Shown piece after piece: positions 56,880 to 64,000 of a DNA stretch of 64,000 nucleotides. A model generated the notes under the pieces. The model had not been told where the DNA came from, did no database searches, and saw nothing but the letters and a program-made list of their open reading frames with translations. Both the position numbers and the translations under genes were made by a program. The stretch spans positions 57,226,001 to 57,290,000 of the forward strand of contig OX597823.1 of NCBI GenBank assembly GCA_951406725.2, given 5' to 3'. Numbering within the stretch: the first letter of the stretch is position 1; each line of letters starts with the position of its first letter. The DNA comes from Octopus vulgaris. Taxonomy: Eukaryota.

Positions 56880-57305
56880 TTATAGAATAGTCCTTCTGAA
56901 TGGGATCTGGATGTTATTCCATTCGGACTTTCGGTTGAGAGTAGGTTTGTATTCTTGTATACAAACAGCTTCTGTGACCTGTCTCAACATTGCATCGGTG
57001 GGATGTGTAGATAGGATGTTCAACTTAAGCTCCCCTAAGGATCCCTTGTGGCAGTCTACAGCATGTTGGTAGAAGATGGAGTTTGGCTTCCTTTCAATGT
57101 AGTTGTCCAGGTGTTCTTTGAACCTATCATTGATGCTTCTAGAGGTCTCACCTATGTATGACTCCGGGTTAGCCGCGCAAGCTCCCTCCTGGCACTTAAT
57201 CTGGTATACAGTGCCCTTGGTTTTACAATTTACGTGTGGATTTGTCGAACACACTGCACAATTACTCTGACAGGTGATTCTATCAAATGGATATGATCTG
57301 CATAA
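56880..57305 (-). CDS. Penelope-type GIY-YIG endonuclease domain with Cys-rich linker (5'-truncated, frame open)
   Basis: LCRSYPFDRITCQSNCAVCSTNPHVNCKTKGTVYQIKCQEGAC...SYIGETSRSINDRFKEH...SIFYQHAVDCH...LRQVTEAVCIQEYKPTLN has the VY..YIG, R, H, E and N motifs. Confidence 0.9.
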   Translation of the reverse strand, partial: LCRSYPFDRITCQSNCAVCSTNPHVNCKTKGTVYQIKCQEGACAANPESYIGETSRSINDRFKEHLDNYIERKPNSIFYQHAVDCHKGSLGELKLNILSTHPTDAMLRQVTEAVCIQEYKPTLNRKSEWNNIQIPFRRTIL

Positions 57306-58448
57306 TCGGCATTATGCAGATCATATCCATCTACACATCCCACCGATGCAATGTTGAGACAGGTCACAGAAGCTGTTTGTATACAAGAATACAAACCTAC
57401 TCTCAACCGAAAGTCCGAATGGAATAACATCCAGATCCCATTCAGAAGGACTATTCTATAACCACCCTCTCTCTCTCTCCCTTTCACCTGTAGTCCTTAC
57501 ATACAGGTTGCAATGCGTATGTGCAGTTATATACAACGGTATGAGCAGACGTTGTTTGATACGAACAGTTGCACCTAGGCGTTGTACCCATTCACGGTTA
57601 GACGATGATGAGAGGAACATACACACACCCACACACACATATATATATATATATGTGTGCGTCTATACAAACATATATGTAAATATGTATACAACCTTCA
57701 GCTAAGTAACAGTCATGTACACAACTGGGACGGACACATGTCAGTACACGGACATACGTTCACATACACATACACATGTACACACTCTCACGGACACATC
57801 TGCCCATTCTCCTAGACACTCACATACATACGTAGCACATGAATACAAACATACATACATACCTACGTATGGGCATACACACGTACATACGCACGTACAT
57901 GTACACACACACATACATGGGCACATGCATACGGGCGCGTATACATACATACGCACATGCGTACGTATGTACATACATACATACATACATACATACATAC
58001 ATACATACATACATACATACATACATACATACATACGCACATACATACATACATACGAACAATAGTAAAACATTAGTTCTGTGATATAGAGATAAATATC
58101 TGATAATAGATTTTAGGGTATAGTTCTTGTGAGCAAGCGTCATAAATTCACTTTCTAGCCTCGGCCGTAGGGAGTTGAAATTTGATAGCGTTGTGATGAG
58201 TGGTCACTCTACATCCATCCATCGCTACAGGTTTATAACTTTATGTTTTATAGAGTGTATGTGCGTGCTTATACACACACATACATATATACATACATAC
58301 ATACATACATACATACATGCATACACAGGCGTATGTGCGGACATGAATACGTACATACATACACACATGTATGCATACATACACACATACATACGTACAT
58401 ACATATATATGACGAACTAACTGTTACTTTCTTAGATGCAGCACGGAC

Positions 58449-58498
58449 TTTGTCAGTGAACAGGTCGCGGATTTTAGCGACGAAAATATTTTGACAAA
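58449..58498 (+). ncRNA. Minimal type-I hammerhead-ribozyme-like motif with G3:C8 core variant
   Basis: Stem I TTTGTCA/TGACAAA; core GTGAACA plus one extra G; stem II GTCGC/GCGAC; GAAA; palindromic AAAATATTTT in place of stem III. Confidence 0.6.
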
Positions 58499-58635
58499 TT
58501 AAACTTAAATGTTGGAGTGAATCGAACGGCTTTTGTGTGTTTCTTAAATGGCTTATAAACACCTCCCACGCTGCAATTGTTTTCGTTTCAGCACACGATC
58601 TCAGATCAAATTACTTGCTATGCGAGTACATCTCC

Positions 58636-58736
<101 letters not shown>

Positions 58737-58915
58737 CCGTCTTCCGACACTGTCGATCACATATAGACAAACTTTTCTTCGTCAAATCATACACACAACG
58801 CTCACACCCCACACACTCACAAACACATACATATAGACACAAACATATAGACACATACCTATCTATTCGCCACCCTCTTACTCACTCACTCTCTGTCTCT
58901 CTCTCTGTCTCTCAG

Positions 58916-58948
<33 letters not shown>

Positions 58949-59102
58949 CTATCTGTTGTTTTCCTCGTTCTTTGTATTTCTGCTTTTCTCACGAAGAATA
59001 CATCTCTATCGCTCTAGTTATCTCGCTTTTTTCGTAACTATCTCTCGGTTCTTTCAACAACCTGTTTCTATATACACTCCTATGATCCTATGATTGCACG
59101 CG

Positions 59103-59152
<50 letters not shown>

Positions 59153-59220
59153 CACACAAACACACACACACACACATATACATGCATACATATAAAACAG
59201 GCATAAATATATAAACATAT

Positions 59221-59342
59221 AGGAATGGCTGTGTGGTAAGAAGCGTGCAAGTCAACCGCATAACTTCGGGTTCAATCCCAATGCGTGTGTCTTCCATTGT
59301 ACACCGAATATATTTGGCAGACGAAAACTGAAGGAAACCGGC

Positions 59343-59408
<66 letters not shown>

Positions 59409-59635
59409 ATAAGATCGTTAATTTAAATTAAATGACGATCCTATTAAGTGTCCAGTATGGAAATAAAAACCTTCAAAGGTAATAATTAGCATTAAAATTA
59501 TAATTTAGGGTATCTACGAGATACAGACATGCTGAAAATAGCAGCCAGAATCTGACTCTAAAACCACCTTAAATGTTCATACAGCACAAGGAGAGAAGAC
59601 AAAAAGACAAAATAAAACAAGCAAAAAATTACTGG

Positions 59636-59729
<94 letters not shown>

Positions 59730-59849
59730 GATATATTTATGTATGTATGCATATACATATATACACATACGTATATATTTATATTTGTATATCTGATGTG
59801 TGTATATCTATGTATATATCTATATGTGTTTTAATGTATATATATTGTT

Positions 59850-59890
<41 letters not shown>

Positions 59891-60115
59891 TTGTGTCGTT
59901 GTGATGGTCTCGTAGCGCCACTTCACAGCCGCTGCTGGTTTGTTCACATCTTCGTAATCTAGGGTTTTCAGTAAAAAAAAAAAAGTGACCGACAGAATAC
60001 GCAACAACTTTTAAAATTGAAACTGCAAGGGTTGCAGTTTATTCAACTAAGCCCTTCAAAACCCGTACCACAGCATGGTCGCAGTCAGATGCCTGAAACA
60101 AGTACGAGATAAAGA
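59221..60115 (+). mobile_element. SINE family A, interrupted at its internal microsatellite by another repeat (~59405-59640)
   Basis: Head at 59221-59345, 3' half at ~59890-60115. Confidence 0.7.
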
Positions 60116-60226
60116 TGAATATCATTAATTAAACATCTCTCCACTAATTTTTTCTTTAATTCCGTCTATATCGCTCCGAGCCTAGCTTTCTCAGTCACTT
60201 TTTTTTCCTTTCTCTGTTTTTCCACA

Positions 60227-60278
<52 letters not shown>

Positions 60279-60419
60279 TATTTACTGGACAGTTTGCAGT
60301 CACTCTTTCTAGTAGTCATTTTCTCATTTTCATTGTATCATTGTCTTCCCTTCATTAACACTATATCACTACCATCATCTCTCTGTTCATTTCTGTTTGT
60401 CTGTTTGTATATCAACCTC

Positions 60420-60486
<67 letters not shown>

Positions 60487-60529
60487 GTCTGTCTATCTAT
60501 CTGTCTGTCTATATGTCTGTATGTATGTA

Positions 60530-60574
<45 letters not shown>

Positions 60575-61068
60575 GTGCAGCCCTGTGTGGCTAATAAACA
60601 AACATATCTATCTAAATTTCTATCTATCTATCTATCTTCCTGTCTACGCGTTTGTGTGTCTGTCTGTATGCATATTTATATACATATGTGTGTATGTATA
60701 TGTATGTCTATATACACACATATATATGTATATGTATGGATATATAGATGTATGTATAGCTGCATATATATGAATGCATGTATATATAAGTAAATATATG
60801 TGTATAGGTACATATATATGCACTTGTATACGCTGTGTAAACACATGTTCCTACACACACAAACAACAATAGCACATAGACTTACAAGTCTTGTAATATG
60901 CGTATATATGTATTTACGTGTTTGTGTGTTTGTGTGTGTTTTTATATATATGTGGGTGTATGTGTGTGTATATATATATGCATCTATGTACACATATATA
61001 TATATATAGAAAGATATATGTGGATATATACATATATATATATACATTTATATAGGTATATAGACACA

Positions 61069-61150
<82 letters not shown>

Positions 61151-61240
61151 CAGAAGTATATGTATGTATATGCATATATACACATACAAATATATACATA
61201 GGTAAATTCATCTATCTATATCTCTCTATCTCTCTATCTA

Positions 61241-61321
<81 letters not shown>

Positions 61322-61322
61322 G

Positions 61323-62190
61323 CAGGGAGGGTAAAAATTAAGTAGACACTAAAAACTGATAATAGAAGCCATATTCCTTTTACAAATTTATTGAAAACAA
61401 ATTATATCTTTTCTTTCTTAAATGAGAAAATTAATGTAAATCTTTTTATCTCCACATAAGCACCGGTGGCGTCAACTAGTTTCCTCAAACGGAACAACCT
61501 TCTGAAGGATATTGTCTGGGATATCATTGAGAACCTCCTAAATCTGTGTTTTCAAGTCCTCCAGTGTGTGAGGTTTCGTCTTGTACACTTCCTCTTTCGT
61601 GTAACGATTCAGGTAAAACTCACATGAAGTGAGATCTGGTCTTCTTGGAGGCCATTACATATTCCATTCTGCGCTCACATTCTTCAAGTTTTAGCTCCAC
61701 GGACGAAAATTTAATTCTTTATGAAACACCGTACCTATCGTGTGGCTTGTTAATCCACTTTCACGTGATGCTTCAAGTGTTGATTTTGGGGGGCTACGAT
61801 TAAACATTCCCTGTACTGTTGCCATGTTTCCCGCTGATCGGGATGTAGTTAGACGGTCACCTCTTGCTTCGTTCATAGAGCCCGTTGTCATCAGCTTTGC
61901 ATTACAACTTTTTATTGTCTCCGGACGTAGTATTGCATGCTTACCTTTCCTTGCACGCCACCATCTCTGAACCAAAACAATGGAATTCCACACTTCATAG
62001 CGTGCTGCTCTCTTAATTCGCTCCTGAATAGTGAAGCGACCGACCATCTGAAAAATAAAAAATAAGAAATAAGACAATAAGAAAATAAGAAATCCTCATT
62101 AATATTCAAAAAATATTTTTGTTATGACTTCAGTGATACTCAAAATTCAATAAGCAATTTCTAATGCTTAGTTACTTTTTACCCACCCTG
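61323..62190 (-). mobile_element. Tc1/mariner-superfamily element (rosa/DD41D-like), internally deleted
   Basis: TIRs CAGGGAGGGTAAAAATTAA and TTACTTTTTACCCACCCTG|TA. ORF 61691-62077 encodes an HTH N-terminus, followed by PRRPDLTSCEFYL...KEEVYKTKPHTLEDLK (degenerate WPPRSPDLTPCDFYLWG). Confidence 0.8.
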
Positions 62191-62220
62191 TATATATACA
62201 TATACACACATATATATATA

Positions 62221-62442
62221 TGAGGGGGTGCTGAAAAGTTCCTGGCTTTGGGTTAAAGAAAATACGGGAGGATCAGTTAATTATCATTTTATTCAACACA
62301 GATTCATACACTTCAGATTCACACACTTATTACAGCAGTCCTTCAATTTTTCTAAGCCTTATAAAAAAACTTGGAAGTTTGGGCCTCCAACCAGAATTTT
62401 CGCGACACGCCCTAAAGTCAGGAACTCTACAGCACCTCCTGG
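62221..62442. mobile_element. Mariner-type MITE, copy 2
   Basis: Homologous to 50809-51020. Confidence 0.8.
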
Positions 62443-62461
62443 TATATACATGTATATATAT

Positions 62462-62790
62462 TCTTTTATTCCTTGAGGATGCGGCCATGCTGGGGCACTG
62501 CCAGTGTAATCACCTAATTAATTGGCCAATTCTATGGGTTTGGCTTTTGGTGAAGGAGGGAGTTCCATACCATTGGTCGCTTTTGAGTTTCCTGCCTTAA
62601 TATTGGTTCATCTGGAATCTTGGATAGAAAGATTTGTTTCTTGAAAACATCTCCTCTCCATGGAGATCGCTCAGATGTTTTGGCAAGGAGTTAAATAGTT
62701 GTGGGCCTTTGAATCCCAAGTTATTGCAGTACATGGTCCTCACCTTAGATGACACAGCTGCGTCATTTGGAACAGTACAGTGACGTCAAT
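62462..62790 (-). mobile_element. CR1/L2-like LINE 3' end
   Basis: Minus strand RHCTVP...VRTMYCNNLGFKGPQLFNSLPKHLSDL...FLSKIPDEP...NSLLHQ, then a 3' tail GGCAGTGCCCCAGCATGGCCGC. Confidence 0.8.
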
Positions 62791-63585
62791 TTCGTGGCCT
62801 GGTTTAACTCTCTATTCCAAAGTATGGTTAGATTTCAACAGTAATTTTTTCCAATCATTAATGGAAGTGACAAAGGAGCATATTTTGCTTTATGAGTTCA
62901 ATAATGACAACAGTGCAACAGAAAATGCGAGGAATATTAATGCAATATATGGGGATTGGACAATAAGCATAAGTCAGTGTCAACGGTGGCTCCAGAAATT
63001 TCGAGCCGCAAACTACAGCCTAGAATATGGACCTTGTCCTGGAAGATCTGTAGAGCTTGTCGAGGACGTTCTGCAAATCCTGCTGGAACAAAATCCCATC
63101 GTAAGTGTTGAGGAACTAACAGAGAAGTTTGGATTTGGTCATTCGACCATGCAACGACACCTGCGTGCTGTCGGAAAAGTAAAAAAATTGGATCAATGGG
63201 TTCTTCACAAAGTCTAATAGCGCGCAGAGAGTGAATGCGTGCTCTTCTTTGCTGTCATATCTCACAAATGAATCATTTTAGCCCCACCCACTTTATTCGC
63301 CGGACATTGCCCCATCTTATTATCATTTATTCCGCAGTCTTCAAAATCATTTGGATAGAAAAAATATGAATTCCGTAGACTAAGTCAGAATAGTACTGGA
63401 AGAGTATTTTTCGTCACGGACAAGTAAATTTTGGATGAGGGGCCTTGCAAGTCTACCAGATAGATGGAAGAGCATTGTAGAAAATTAAGGAGAGTATATT
63501 TTACATTAAAAAAGAACTTTGTTTATCTCAATTTTGAAAAATAAAAGAAGTTTAAAAAACCGCATTATTTACGGGATGACCCAAC
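62791..63585 (+). mobile_element. Mariner transposon, internally deleted and lacking its left TIR
   Basis: ORF 62780-63217 gives the HTH region (LLYEF...RNINAIYG...QRWLQKFR...KLDQWVLH), then HPLYSPDIAPSYYHLFRSLQNHL; right TIR CCGCATTATTTACGGGATGACCCAA. Confidence 0.9.
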
Positions 63586-63780
63586 ATCTTATGCGTTTAA
63601 ATGTGCATATGTATATGTATCAGTATGAACAGAGGTATGTATGTTTATATATATATGTAAAAAAATACAAAATAGGATAGGAACGCAAAACATCCAGAAG
63701 ACGATACAAAAAACACGGACGGGTCATTCGAAGCCTTTAATCTTCAGTCAAGAACCGGATCATCCTCGCAATTTCATACG

Positions 63781-63882
<102 letters not shown>

Positions 63883-63938
63883 GGGGGGGGTTTATAGACA
63901 CACATACTCATATATGCATACATATATATGTATATGTC

Positions 63939-63974
<36 letters not shown>

Positions 63975-64000
63975 TATATACACTTGTGTATGTATGTGTT

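Noticed and set aside
55742-58582. The palindrome as a pure sequencing or assembly fold-back artefact
   Set aside because: Disfavoured but not excluded: the arms differ at several sites, there is a 316-bp asymmetric spacer, and the layout fits Penelope biology.
62780-63217. SETMAR-like host gene
   Set aside because: Only the mariner HTH region is present, the catalytic core is deleted, a TIR remains, and there is no SET domain.

Overview
Eukaryotic, AT-rich intergenic or intronic DNA, extremely rich in microsatellites ((TA)n, (CA)n, (TATC)n, (CATA)n). The SINE families and repeat density resemble an octopus (cephalopod) genome; this is inferred from recalled repeat families, not from a search. 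I found no convincing host protein-coding gene, and almost all ORFs in the track are microsatellite read-throughs. The window holds dozens of tRNA-derived SINEs in three families and decayed Gypsy, Helitron, mariner/Tc1, piggyBac, hAT-MITE and CR1-like LINE remnants. The most notable items are: (1) a young Penelope-like element (55742-58636) with an open GIY-YIG frame, about 1.26-kb near-identical inverted arms, and a minimal hammerhead-ribozyme-like motif with a compensatory G3:C8 core in each arm; (2) a fold-back element whose loop is a tRNA-like cloverleaf (21826-22164); (3) a 28S rRNA fragment ending near the protostome hidden break; (4) a LINE 3' end that matches the tail of the dominant SINE; (5) several short, near-perfect fold-back inversions. 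Boundaries of decayed elements are approximate.
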